A model generated the notes under the pieces. The model ran no database searches. It saw only the letters and a list, made by a program, of their open reading frames with translations, and was not told the DNA's origin. From positions 4,032,001 through 4,096,000 of the forward strand of contig CAXXKJ010000002.1 in the NCBI GenBank assembly GCA_963675295.2: a DNA stretch of 64,000 nucleotides. Reading direction: 5' to 3'. The stretch's first letter is position 1. The number at the start of each line of letters is the position of its first letter. The stretch comes from a bacterium (lineage in GTDB: Bacteria; Electryoneota; Electryoneia; Electryoneales; Electryoneaceae). The translations under genes were made by a program, and so were the position numbers. Positions 20,522-30,560 of the stretch are shown here, one piece after another.

Positions 20522-21325
20522 ATGGTCCTCGAACATCTCGAGCTGGGTGATTTTAAAGCGGAATACGCCCTTCTGACGGGCAACCCGAAGCGGGTGGAAC
20601 AGTTGGCGAAGCAGTTTCATGAACCGGTGCTGGTGACCGACCGTCGCGGGCTGGACACGTGGCACGCGAAATTCTCGGCTGACGATCCGCGTGAGCTGTT
20701 CATCGTCGGGACCGGGATCGGCAGTCCGTCGCTGGCGATTGTATTCGAAGAGCTGGCGGTGTCGGGCGTGCATTCGTTCATCCGGGTGGGAACCTGCGGT
20801 CCGTTGCAGGATCATGTTGATGTCGGCGATATCGCGGTGCCGACGGGTGTTGTGCGGGATGAGGGGACGACGCTGGCGTTCATCCGTGAGGGCTACCCGG
20901 CGGTGGCGAATCACGAACTGCTGTACGCGTTGATGCAGGTCAAGGAAAACGTTGACCACCCGATCCACATCGGTGTCACGCACGCCAAGGACAGCTTTTA
21001 CACCCAGAAGCCGGAATTCAACCTCGACCAGGATGCGGTGCGCAAGCACTGGAAGAACATGCGCAACGCCGGCGTGCTGGTGACCGAGATGGAAAGCTCG
21101 GCGCTGTACGTGCTGGCGTCCCTGCGGCGCTGCCGTGCGATGTCGGTGCTGGTGGTTGCGAGCATGGACCGGAAGAATCCGAAGACGGCTCACGGGCTGG
21201 ATGTCGCGGCGGGTGTCGCGCGGGATGTGTTCAAGCTCGCCGCGCCGTACAAGGTACCCTCGGACTACCATGTTCCGCGAGTGGATGAGTCGCTGCTTGA
21301 CGACCTCAAGGAGGGGAAGTTTTAG
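20522..21325 (+). CDS. Nucleoside phosphorylase (PNP/UDP family, uridine phosphorylase-like)
   Basis: GNPKRV, TGIGSPS.AI.FEEL, IRVGTCG, RDEGTT, DSFY and EMESSAL motifs. Confidence 0.88.
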   Translation: MVLEHLELGDFKAEYALLTGNPKRVEQLAKQFHEPVLVTDRRGLDTWHAKFSADDPRELFIVGTGIGSPSLAIVFEELAVSGVHSFIRVGTCGPLQDHVDVGDIAVPTGVVRDEGTTLAFIREGYPAVANHELLYALMQVKENVDHPIHIGVTHAKDSFYTQKPEFNLDQDAVRKHWKNMRNAGVLVTEMESSALYVLASLRRCRAMSVLVVASMDRKNPKTAHGLDVAAGVARDVFKLAAPYKVPSDYHVPRVDESLLDDLKEGKF

Positions 21326-21352
21326 GGCGGTGATCGGTGGTCGGTTGCCAGT

Positions 21353-21375
21353 AGTCGAAAGTCGAAAGTCGAAAG
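21353..21375. repeat. Heptamer repeat (AGTCGAA) x3
   Basis: agtcgaa agtcgaa agtcgaa agt, directly before palindrome copy 3. Confidence 0.6.
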
Positions 21376-21392
21376 TATTGAAGATAAAATAA

Positions 21393-21426
21393 AACGGGGA
21401 CACTTACTCCGTTAAGTGTCCCCGTT
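21393..21426. repeat. GGGGACAC-type palindrome, copy 3 (bidirectional terminator position)
   Basis: AACGGGGACACTTA-CTCCGT-TAAGTGTCCCCGTT between convergent genes, followed by a degenerate TACTTC-rich tract to ~21515. Confidence 0.75.
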
Positions 21427-21515
21427 GTTCTCATCTACTCTGTACACCTTCCTTCTTTGTACTTCTTTTTACTTCGTACTTCTTTTTGACTCAATACTTC
21501 TTTCTTACTTTCGAC

Positions 21516-22850
21516 TCACTTCATCAACGTCACCTTCTGGATCTCGTTCAACTGACCCGGCACCTGCGCCTGGATGAAGTACAGGCCGCTGGCGAGGTTG
21601 CTGGCATCGAAGCGGAAGTTATGCTGGCCGGCAAAGAATTTGCCGTTCGCCAGGGTACCCACCAGCTGGCCTTCCACGTTGTACACCTGCACTGTCAGGT
21701 CGCTGGTTTGCGGCAAGGACACGGCAACGCTCGTCGAGGGGTTAAACGGGTTCGGGTATGCGGTGGACATCTCGTAGTGATCCGGCATCACGAGCGGTGC
21801 AGTGCCATCGTCGTCTGTAATTACCCAGTCACTGCCGTCCCAGTTGTCGACACCCTCAGCGGCGGTTCCTTCCTTGTAGAAGGTGACGACGTCCGAGTCG
21901 GCGACGAAGTTCGGGAACAGACCGATGCTGCCACGGAAGGTGTAGGTACCCGCCGGAGCGTGCGCCGGCAGATTCTGCATCAGGCCGGTGAAGCTAGTCT
22001 CACCGGTGGGAATGACGCCGCTGAGCCGCACCAATGGACCAAAGATCTGACCGTTCGGGAAGGTAATCGAAGTCCACGCGTCCGCCATTCTCGGCTGCGG
22101 CAGTTCGCTGGTGATGACGGCGTCATAGACGAGCGCTCCGCCTTGTGGCGGAATGACAGTCGTCGTACCGATCAGGTTCAGGTTCACCGGTCCCTGTTCG
22201 ACATCGAATTGGAAGTTGTCGAAAACGTAGGAATCGTAGATCGCGCCAGTTGCGGCGGTCAACCCGAGGTACAGCGGTTGGTCGGGGTCAAATCCGGTGA
22301 AGTCAAAATTGATCGGCTCATCCAGATCCACGCGAACCTGGAAGTTCCCATCGAGGATGATGATTTCGATGGTGTACCAGGTGTTCGGTTGGAAATCGAA
22401 GGCCGCATAGGACACATGGTTTTCAACCGTCGAGTCGATGATACTGATATGGGGCGACTGGATTGGATCGAACCCGTTAGCATAGGTGTCAAACTCGACG
22501 CCATACACACCCGGACCTTCCCATCCCAGCCGTCCACCCGTCAATCCCAGGTCGATTGAATTGGCAAGGCTGAATGTGGCGCCATCTGCCCCGACCGAGG
22601 CGCTCAGGATCTGGAAGGTGAAGCTGACATGGACCTCATCGACCGGGTTGAACTCTTCGTTCCAGTACAAGGCTCCCCCCTGGGACGCCATGTCTTCGGT
22701 CAGGATCAGCATGCCATTATCGACATACGCCGTACCCAGCAAAGTCCAGTCGCTGGGATCGAGATCATCCTCGAAGTCCTCAAACACGGCGAGGGCTGGC
22801 ATACACCCCACGATTAAGACGGTGAGTATCACCAAAGTAAAACGGGTCAT
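21516..22850 (-). CDS. Secreted L-type (legume) lectin-like protein with T9SS-type sorting domain
   Basis: W.L.G.A, LILT...SQGGA.YW, GADGATF, G.LG, GVEFDTY.N and YLGLTAATG L-lectin motifs; YPNPFNP...KVTLMK tail; GGGGAGG RBS. Confidence 0.85.
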   Translation of the reverse strand: MTRFTLVILTVLIVGCMPALAVFEDFEDDLDPSDWTLLGTAYVDNGMLILTEDMASQGGALYWNEEFNPVDEVHVSFTFQILSASVGADGATFSLANSIDLGLTGGRLGWEGPGVYGVEFDTYANGFDPIQSPHISIIDSTVENHVSYAAFDFQPNTWYTIEIIILDGNFQVRVDLDEPINFDFTGFDPDQPLYLGLTAATGAIYDSYVFDNFQFDVEQGPVNLNLIGTTTVIPPQGGALVYDAVITSELPQPRMADAWTSITFPNGQIFGPLVRLSGVIPTGETSFTGLMQNLPAHAPAGTYTFRGSIGLFPNFVADSDVVTFYKEGTAAEGVDNWDGSDWVITDDDGTAPLVMPDHYEMSTAYPNPFNPSTSVAVSLPQTSDLTVQVYNVEGQLVGTLANGKFFAGQHNFRFDASNLASGLYFIQAQVPGQLNEIQKVTLMK

Positions 22851-23012
22851 GATCCATCCTCCCCTAGTACCAGTATCAAATGACATCGTCGCCGTATGCC
22901 ATCACATCGCAACTTCTCCCAATCCATTGTAGCCGAGTGAAGCTGAGATTCCAACGTCTGATCGCGTTTGCAGACATATTCCTGTCTCGGAGTGATCGTC
23001 CAGACAACAAGC

Positions 23013-23043
23013 AGCCCCACCGCGGTCACAACGGTGGGGCTTT
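23013..23043. terminator. Hairpin terminator between secreted-protein genes
   Basis: AGCCCCACCG...CGGTGGGGCT stem. Confidence 0.6.
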
Positions 23044-23096
23044 ACTCCAGTCGCGTCATGCGTCTGGGACTTCGATAGCAGCGTGAACTGAATGGA

Positions 23097-25466
23097 TTAC
23101 TTCATCAGCGTCACTTTCTGGATTGCGTTCAACTGACCCGGCACCTGCGCCTGGATGAAGTACAGACCGCTGGCGAGGTTGCTGGCGTCGAAGCTGAAGT
23201 CATGCTGTCCGGCGGAGAACTTGCCGTTTGCCAGTTCGGCGACCTGTTGCCCCATCACGTTGAACACGGTCACGTTAAGGTCGCTTGATTCCGGCAGCGA
23301 GATCGCGATGGACGTGCTCGGGTTAAACGGGTTCGGGTATGCTGTGGTCATCTCGTAGCGATCCGGCAGCGCGATGACCTCGGTAACATCTTCGTCCGCG
23401 ATCAACGGGCTGTGGGTCCAGCCCTCCACCCCATCCGCCGCGACACCGGTTTTCTCAAACTGGAAGTCGTCGGAGATGTAGACGAAGTTCGGGAAGATGC
23501 CGAGGTTTGCGGTAAAGGTGTACGTTCCGGTCGGCGCCAGCGCCGGGATTTCCTGCACCAGGCCGGTGAGGGTTCGTGTCCCAGGCTGTACCACGATCGG
23601 GACCAGCAACGTTCTGAACGGCTGTCCGTTCGGCAAAGTGACGATTGTCCAGGCGTCCCCCTGCTGCGGACCGCCGAGGTTGCTGACGATTTGCGCGTCG
23701 TAAACCACATTGCCACCGTTCGGCGGAACGGTTGTCTGCACCGGGAACAGATCGAACTCAACCGGACGCGGTTCGCCGAGGCCGAAGTTATCCAGCACGC
23801 CGAAGACGATGTCTTCCCGTGTGAACGTACCGTCCGTCAGCATGCCCACCTCGAAGGTGAACAACGCCACGTAGAAGTCTCCGGAGTTGTCGATCACGCC
23901 GCAGCCGGCACCGTCAGCCGGATTGTAGAACACGCGGCGCGCATCACCAGCGGGTTCGATCTCGTCGATATACTGGTTTTCGCCGGCGTACACCATGTCG
24001 GCGCCAGCCATGAAATCTTCACCGAGAACGTTGGCAAGGTCGCCGCTACCGTCACCGATGCCGGTGATCGGGAGAATGGCGTTCAGGTTGTCGTGAGCGG
24101 TGAAGCCGAAGTTGTCGCCGGATTCGTAGTACAGCTTGCCGCCACCGTTGAGGTAGTCGATGATGTAGGTTTCTTCCGCACTACCGGTAGCAATGTCGAA
24201 GTCGTTCGGATAGACACCGGTGAACAGGAAAACGGCTTCGTAGCTGCTCCACTCTTCCTCAAAGAAATCATTTACGTAGAATGGCGTCTCGCCGAGATCC
24301 TGGAGAATCTGGCTGATCGCCGGGCCGGAATCCTGGGTGACGTCAACATCGACGACGAGGATGTCTGCGTCGTTGACGTCGAGCAGGAAGTCGTTCGTGT
24401 TGACGCCTTCCATCACCTCGAGAGTCCCGGAAGCTGTGAAGAAACCAGCCGCTGAAACGGAATACGGGAATGTCCCCGCATACATCTCAGGAATGGAGTA
24501 TTCACCGCTCGCATTTGTCGTGGCAGAAAAACCGCCCACGGACACATTCGCGCCGCCGATGGGGCTGTTGGTCGCGGAGTTGAGCACCACACCGCTGAGC
24601 GATGCGTTCGGATCCAGCTGCGAGAATTCGATCGCGAGACCGTCGAATGGATAGTCAAGCGGGTTATCGAACAGGCTGGCTTCCAGCCAGACTGACAGGT
24701 CATCGTTAATGATGCCGATGGTTTCCGCATCGAGATTCCGTTCATAGCCCGGGTCGAGGTAGTCATACTGCATCACAATAGTGCCGTCCTCGAACAGGAT
24801 CACCTGGAAGTCGCAGGTAACCTGCGTGCCCGAACCGGGATAGGGCATGTAGTCAACGTAGGAGACGACTAACGCCTGCATGTCGTTGAGTGTGATGGTC
24901 TCATAGTACATCTGGCCGCCGTCATACGTGCCGGAGTTGTACGGATCAAAATCATCCCAGAGGAAGCATACTGCCGCCCCTTGCAGGTCGCCGTCATTGC
25001 CTGGCAGTCCGCTGTTGCCGAAGTAGGCATCATCACCCCAGTCCTCGAAACTGAGGACGCCGTTGGAGTGCATGTAGAACTGGGTACGATCGGTGCCGTA
25101 AAAGCTGAACGTGAATCCGATCGGGAACGGACCGATGTAATCATCATCGCTGATCAGGTTGTCTTCCGATACTTCGGTCCCTGTCGCGGTGATATCGATC
25201 CAGTTGTAGGTCGGGCCATCGGCTTCATCACTGTCCTTGAAGATGTAGCCAAACGCGTCCGGACCGCCGTTCAGATCAATCACCGGTTCCTGTTCGACAC
25301 CATAGATGTGCAATTCACGCAGCAGGGTGACTTGATCGGGTGTCAGCGAGTGACCGTTCCGGTAAGCCTCCGTTGCCGAATAGACTGCCTCCTTGTCGTA
25401 TTCCGTTGCGACAGCGATCCCGGCCACGAGCAAGAGGCCGAGACACAGCATCATGAGCTTCTTCAT
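23097..25466 (-). CDS. Secreted multidomain protein (nidogen-like N-domain, carboxypeptidase-regulatory-like domain, alpha/beta domain) with T9SS-type sorting domain
   Basis: Signal MKKLMMLCLGLLLVAGIAVA; GGPDAFGY..DSDE.DGP.Y.WIDI and IGF.F.FYG motifs; SLSGVV...PIGGANV...TNASGEY; YPNPFNP...KVTLMK. Confidence 0.82.
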   Translation of the reverse strand: MKKLMMLCLGLLLVAGIAVATEYDKEAVYSATEAYRNGHSLTPDQVTLLRELHIYGVEQEPVIDLNGGPDAFGYIFKDSDEADGPTYNWIDITATGTEVSEDNLISDDDYIGPFPIGFTFSFYGTDRTQFYMHSNGVLSFEDWGDDAYFGNSGLPGNDGDLQGAAVCFLWDDFDPYNSGTYDGGQMYYETITLNDMQALVVSYVDYMPYPGSGTQVTCDFQVILFEDGTIVMQYDYLDPGYERNLDAETIGIINDDLSVWLEASLFDNPLDYPFDGLAIEFSQLDPNASLSGVVLNSATNSPIGGANVSVGGFSATTNASGEYSIPEMYAGTFPYSVSAAGFFTASGTLEVMEGVNTNDFLLDVNDADILVVDVDVTQDSGPAISQILQDLGETPFYVNDFFEEEWSSYEAVFLFTGVYPNDFDIATGSAEETYIIDYLNGGGKLYYESGDNFGFTAHDNLNAILPITGIGDGSGDLANVLGEDFMAGADMVYAGENQYIDEIEPAGDARRVFYNPADGAGCGVIDNSGDFYVALFTFEVGMLTDGTFTREDIVFGVLDNFGLGEPRPVEFDLFPVQTTVPPNGGNVVYDAQIVSNLGGPQQGDAWTIVTLPNGQPFRTLLVPIVVQPGTRTLTGLVQEIPALAPTGTYTFTANLGIFPNFVYISDDFQFEKTGVAADGVEGWTHSPLIADEDVTEVIALPDRYEMTTAYPNPFNPSTSIAISLPESSDLNVTVFNVMGQQVAELANGKFSAGQHDFSFDASNLASGLYFIQAQVPGQLNAIQKVTLMK

Positions 25467-25784
25467 CCTTCTCCCCTTATGGTTGGACCACGAATAGCAG
25501 AGCTTTCGATCAAGGCACCGTGCGGAAGAGGGCAATGCGGGCAGGCAGTTCAGGTGAGCGTCTGGAAAGATGGGTTCCGCACAATCAACGAGTCAAAACA
25601 ATGTGTTAATCAATCTGAAAAAGACGAAATTGAGCGACCTCTCGTATTTTGCCAAGCATGGCATGGATTACGCGCCACCCCCATCCGTACCTGGTCAACC
25701 TCCGCGAGACAGAATCCGCCTTGGTGTGTTTGGTCCATTGAAATCTTCGCGAGTTCCGATCATGAGTAAAAAGAGGATGCAAAG

Positions 25785-25813
25785 AAAAAGGCCGCGGCAT
25801 AAACCGCGGCCTT
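25785..25813 (-). terminator. Intrinsic terminator
   Basis: AAGGCCGCGG...CCGCGGCCTT with an adjacent A-run (U-tract on minus). Confidence 0.7.
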
Positions 25814-25847
25814 GAGAACCGGTAAACCGGTTACGAGTAAGCTTGCC

Positions 25848-28151
25848 TTACTTCATCAGGGTGACCTTCTGGATCGCGTTCAGCTGACCCGGAACCTGGG
25901 CCTGGATGAAATACAGGCCGCTGGCGAGGTTGCTGGCTTCGAAGCTGAAGTTGTGCTGGCCGGCGGAGAACTGGCCGTTGGCCAACTGCGCAACCTGCTG
26001 ACCCATCACGTTGAACACGGACACCGTCAGCTCGCTCGTTTCCGGCAGCGCGATCATGATCGAGGTGCTCGGGTTGAACGGGTTCGGGTAGGCCTTGTTC
26101 ATTGCGTATGCGGTCGGCAGGGTCGCGGTCACGTTTTCATCCGAGGCAATCACGAAGTCAGACGCATCCCAGTTGTCAACGCCGTCCGCGGCAACACCGG
26201 TCTTCTCAAACATGAAGCTGTCGGAGACCTGCAGGTTCGGGTTGTTCGGGACGCCCGCGATACCGGTGAGGGTGTACATACCGGTCGGCGCGAAGCTCGG
26301 GATCGACTGGGTCTGGCCCGTCACGGTAACATCCATGAACGGAGTCAGGTTGAACGGCACGTTCGCCAGCGGACCGACGACGCTGCTGTTCGGCAGGGTG
26401 ACGAAAGTCTGATAACGCAGACCAGCCATCTGGGCCGGAATGGTGCTGACGAGCTGAGCATCGTACACCACGTCGCCGCCGGACGGCGGAATCACGGTGT
26501 TCGTCGGGGTCAGGGTCAGGGTCACCGGATCCGGCTCGACGCCGCCACCGGTACCATACAGCGCGAAGTCATCAATGGTCACGCCGGAGTAACCGTTCAC
26601 GGAGCTGTCGGTACCATGACGGAAACCAAAGACCACTTCCTGGCCTTCGTAACCGGCGAACTGCACTGTCACCATTTCCCACGCACCGTTGCTGCCGGTG
26701 AAGCCGGGGCCACCGTCAAGACCGGTAACGGTGTCATCCGGGTAGTCACCTTCCGGGGTCAGCAGCGTCCAGGTGGTGCCGCCGTCCGTGGAGATGTTGA
26801 CGCTGTAACCATCATAGCCGGATTCGTACTCGAACCAGTGGTAATAGGTCATGAACGCAGCCGCGCTTTCCACCGCGATCGGGGTGGACATCAGCATGAC
26901 ATCCTGGCTGTTGTTGTAGTCACCATCGAGGACCGTGCCCCAGGCGTAGTCGCCGGAGTACGCACCAATCGGATCAACCGTCGGCATGCCGTAGGCCCAG
27001 ACACTGTCCGCGCTGAACGGTTCGCCATCGGTTTCGAAGTCGGTGAAAAAGGTCTGAGCCGGAGTTTCGACCATGGTGAAGTTAAAGGTGTTGGTGCCCG
27101 AAACGAGGTCAACACTCTCCGGACCGAAGTCGAAGTAACCCGTAGCCGTCGCGGTCACAATCGTGGTCACCGAGAACAGGCCGGTGATGGTGTAGACACC
27201 GTCGGTGCCGGTGGTGCCAGTCATGCCGCCTGCTTCGACAATCGCGCCTTCAATCGGCATGCCGGTGTCGAAGTCGGTAACCGTACCGGTCAGTTCAGCA
27301 TCCGGTGTGACATCCGTCGTGAACTCAATCGCGAGGCCAGCGAACGGATAATCCAGCGGGTTGTCGAACAAGCTGGCTTCCAGCCAGATGGTCAGGTCAT
27401 CGTTAACGATACCGATGGTTTCGGCGTCGTCGTTCATCTCGAAGCCATCATCGAAGTTGTTGTACTGGAACACGATCGTGCCGTCTTCGTACAGAATGGT
27501 CTGGACGGTGCAAGTAACCTGATCCAGAGCGCCAGGATACGCCATCACGTTTTCGTAGGTCACGACGAACGCGTCCATGTCGTTCAGCGTCATCGCTTCG
27601 TAATAAATCTGGCCACCGTCGTAGTCGGTCTGCAGCGCAGGATCGAAGTCATCCCAGAAGAAGCAGAGCGCCGCGCCTTCGAGGTCCGTGTTGGTTCCCG
27701 GCAGAGCTTCGTTACCGTAGCTGGCATCGTCGCCCCAGTCATCAAAACTGATCACGCCGTTGGAGTGAAAGTACACTTCCGTGCGGTTGATGCCGTAGAA
27801 CGGGAAGGCAAAACCGAGGGTGTACGGGCCGATGTAGTCATCGTCGCCGATGTTTTCGATATCGGAAACTTCTGTACCGGTCGCGGTAATATCGATCCAG
27901 TCATAGACCGGGCCGTCCACTTCATCACTGTCCTTGAAAATGTAGCCGTAAGCATCCGGACCACCCGCGTGGTCGATCACGGGGGTATCGAAGTAATACT
28001 GGGACAGCATCTTGTGCTGCGCCTTGGTCACTTCATAGCCAGACTCGTAGGCATCAATTGCAGACTGCAGGTCAGCCTTGTTGATGTTCTCTGCAACGGC
28101 AAAGCTGGCAATGCAGAGAGCGAGAACCACCACCAAGAGTTTCTTCATCAC
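25848..28151 (-). CDS. Secreted multidomain protein, paralog of 23097..25466 with a MAM/InhA-like third domain and T9SS-type sorting domain
   Basis: Shares the N-terminal ~300 aa with the neighbour, then has HWFEYESGYDG..V.ISTDGG.TW and a YPNPFNP...KVTLMK tail. Confidence 0.85.
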   Translation of the reverse strand: MMKKLLVVVLALCIASFAVAENINKADLQSAIDAYESGYEVTKAQHKMLSQYYFDTPVIDHAGGPDAYGYIFKDSDEVDGPVYDWIDITATGTEVSDIENIGDDDYIGPYTLGFAFPFYGINRTEVYFHSNGVISFDDWGDDASYGNEALPGTNTDLEGAALCFFWDDFDPALQTDYDGGQIYYEAMTLNDMDAFVVTYENVMAYPGALDQVTCTVQTILYEDGTIVFQYNNFDDGFEMNDDAETIGIVNDDLTIWLEASLFDNPLDYPFAGLAIEFTTDVTPDAELTGTVTDFDTGMPIEGAIVEAGGMTGTTGTDGVYTITGLFSVTTIVTATATGYFDFGPESVDLVSGTNTFNFTMVETPAQTFFTDFETDGEPFSADSVWAYGMPTVDPIGAYSGDYAWGTVLDGDYNNSQDVMLMSTPIAVESAAAFMTYYHWFEYESGYDGYSVNISTDGGTTWTLLTPEGDYPDDTVTGLDGGPGFTGSNGAWEMVTVQFAGYEGQEVVFGFRHGTDSSVNGYSGVTIDDFALYGTGGGVEPDPVTLTLTPTNTVIPPSGGDVVYDAQLVSTIPAQMAGLRYQTFVTLPNSSVVGPLANVPFNLTPFMDVTVTGQTQSIPSFAPTGMYTLTGIAGVPNNPNLQVSDSFMFEKTGVAADGVDNWDASDFVIASDENVTATLPTAYAMNKAYPNPFNPSTSIMIALPETSELTVSVFNVMGQQVAQLANGQFSAGQHNFSFEASNLASGLYFIQAQVPGQLNAIQKVTLMK

Positions 28152-28176
28152 TTCTCCCTTTCACTGAGGTAAACTC

Positions 28177-28197
28177 GCGATTGTTTGACACAATCGC
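28177..28197. promoter_or_regulatory. Perfect 8-bp inverted repeat upstream of the 28151 start (operator or 5' UTR hairpin)
   Basis: GCGATTGT-TTGAC-ACAATCGC. Confidence 0.4.
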
Positions 28198-28452
28198 AAA
28201 CGAATTTTCCGGACAAATGTTAAACTATGATTCTCAAAATCACAAAGTCAATTCAATAACGCGATATCCCGAAAAGTTCCGAGAGAACAGAAATCCCGAT
28301 AAATCAGAAGTCACTGCCATAGAATACAAATAAATACAGGGGTTTGCAGTACATCCGCTCTCGGAGTTAGTGTGTGATCCAATTCGACAATGTAGGGATG
28401 GCTAACAAGAACTTGCCGGCCTCAGCGATAATCTCGCATGATTCACGAAAGG

Positions 28453-28485
28453 AAAACGACCGCGAGCGGGGAGCTCGCGGCCGTT
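28453..28485 (-). terminator. Intrinsic terminator
   Basis: AACGACCGCGAGC...GCTCGCGGCCGTT stem with an adjacent A-run. Confidence 0.65.
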
Positions 28486-28537
28486 ATTGTCAGACAGAAG
28501 TCGGAATCTTTACGTCTATCCGGACCGATCATTCAGA

Positions 28538-30334
28538 TTACTTCATCAACGTCACCTTCTGCAGCTCGTTCAGCTGGCCCGGAACTTCGGCGCGGACAAA
28601 GTAAATGCCGCTGGCGAGGCTGCTCGCGTTGAACGTGAAGTTGTGCTCACCGGCGTTGAACGTACCATTCGCCAGGGTCGCAACCTGCTGGCCCATGACA
28701 TTGAACACGGTCACGTTCAGCTCGCTGGCCTGCGGCAGCGCGATGGCGACCGAGGTGCTCGGGTTGAACGGGTTCGGGTACGCGGCATTCATCGCAAAAT
28801 CGGTCGGCAGGCCGGACGTTTCAACGATGCTCTCGTCAGCGCTGATCTCCTGGCCTTCGATACCTTCCCAGTTCCAGCTGCCGGTGTTGGTACCGGTCGC
28901 CAGCTTCTCCATCGGGAAGGAGTCGCTGATGCCGATGAAGTTCGGGTAGTTACCGCCGTTAACGGCGATCGTGTACATACCCGCCGGAGCCATCGCCGGA
29001 ACGTTGACGCTGACGTTTTCGAAGAATAGCTCGACACCCGGCTGCAGGGTGACCTGAACTGGTGCCAGGTTAATCGTGTTGCTGTTCGGCAACGTCGCGC
29101 TGACCCACAGGTTCGCCTGGAACGGGTTGCCCAGGTTGTGGTGCAGGTGGACTTCAAACCAGATGTTATCGCCGCCCGCCGGAACTGTTACAGGGGCGTT
29201 GTACGGACCAACGTACATGTTCGCGATTTCATTCGGCTCTGCCAGGCTGAACCACGCCGGATCGAGACTGATTTCGAGGTAGCCATCGTTGTCGTAATCC
29301 GGCTCGAGGCCGTCCGGGGTCAGGTTGCGGTTGTCGAACGGACCACCGACCTGTTCCCATTCGACCGGATCGGCCTGATCGTTGTCGTAATCGATGAGGA
29401 ACTTGTAATCGAGCTGGTTGCCCGGTTCGAAGTCATCGAACTGGATTTCCGAGCTGTAGATCATCGATTCGCCGAGGCGTTCGATCGGGGTGTAGCCATC
29501 CCAGTTGCCGATTTCAGCGCGGCCGCCGCGGATGATGACGGCGTCCACATCCGGATCAAACACGCCGAGCGCTTCCTGCTGGGCCATGTTGACTCGGAAC
29601 GTGATTTCGTAGTTGGTTTGCACCGGGCTGTTGTTGTCGAACCAGACGACATCGAGATCGAGGTCGGCGTCAACGACTTCAACGCTACGGTTGTTGATGT
29701 TGTCTTCCCAGCCGACGTTGTTCGGATCGCCACCAAACTCGACGACGAACTTGTAGCCGTAGGTACCAGCGGCGAGATCGAGGGTCACGTCGTAGATCAG
29801 GTCCTGGTCGCCATCGGCCAGGTTGTCGCCGGCGCCCCAGCCATTGAAGTCGCCACGAATACCAACGGCATCCACGTTCGGATCGAAGTTGCCGAGGTTC
29901 TGCCATTCACTCATGTTCACGTGGAACGTGACCGCGTACGTTTCGACACCGGGCTGCTGATCATCGAACCAGACGGTGTCGAGCGTAATCGGATCGCCCG
30001 CGACCTCGACGGAACGGTCGCCGATGCTGCTTTCCCAGACGACATTGTCCGGATCATTGCCAACCCAGATGACGAATTTGTAGCCATACGTGCCGGCATC
30101 CAGATCGAGCGTGGTGGTGTAGATCATGTCTTCGTCCGGATCGACAAGACCGTCCGCACCCGCCCAACCGTTCATGTCGCCTCGAATACCAACCCCGTCC
30201 ATATCCGGATCAAAGTTGCCGAGGTCAAACTGGTAGGACATGTTGACGCTGAAGGTAACGTCGGTGGCGGTCGCGAGACCGGCAATAAGAAGAAGGGCCA
30301 TGACAGCCATTGCAGAACGAGAAAGAATTCTCAT
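28538..30334 (-). CDS. Secreted protein with three tandem CBM20/CBM48-like (alpha-glucan-binding type) modules and T9SS-type sorting domain
   Basis: Three repeats of VTF.VNMS...FDP..D.V.IRG..NGW...D.D.IY...L...GTY.YKF...WE...NR. No catalytic domain seen. YPNPFNP...KVTLMK tail. Confidence 0.82.
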   Translation of the reverse strand: MRILSRSAMAVMALLLIAGLATATDVTFSVNMSYQFDLGNFDPDMDGVGIRGDMNGWAGADGLVDPDEDMIYTTTLDLDAGTYGYKFVIWVGNDPDNVVWESSIGDRSVEVAGDPITLDTVWFDDQQPGVETYAVTFHVNMSEWQNLGNFDPNVDAVGIRGDFNGWGAGDNLADGDQDLIYDVTLDLAAGTYGYKFVVEFGGDPNNVGWEDNINNRSVEVVDADLDLDVVWFDNNSPVQTNYEITFRVNMAQQEALGVFDPDVDAVIIRGGRAEIGNWDGYTPIERLGESMIYSSEIQFDDFEPGNQLDYKFLIDYDNDQADPVEWEQVGGPFDNRNLTPDGLEPDYDNDGYLEISLDPAWFSLAEPNEIANMYVGPYNAPVTVPAGGDNIWFEVHLHHNLGNPFQANLWVSATLPNSNTINLAPVQVTLQPGVELFFENVSVNVPAMAPAGMYTIAVNGGNYPNFIGISDSFPMEKLATGTNTGSWNWEGIEGQEISADESIVETSGLPTDFAMNAAYPNPFNPSTSVAIALPQASELNVTVFNVMGQQVATLANGTFNAGEHNFTFNASSLASGIYFVRAEVPGQLNELQKVTLMK

Positions 30335-30560
30335 GTGTACAACCTCCTCACTACGGGTTTTCCGATCGTGACGCCTATCCCCCGTCACGACTCATTGAGC
30401 ATAGCTAGTTTAGTCGATTTCGGGTCGAAACAGCAAGCGAATCCGTAGTAGCCCAAAAAATGAGAGTTGGGTTAGACCAATCCCGGTAGTGTTGAAAAAA
30501 CTGGAGTTCTGCTGCGGTTTGGATCGCTTGTGATTTTCGGTGCTCCAGTGGAGACTGGAG

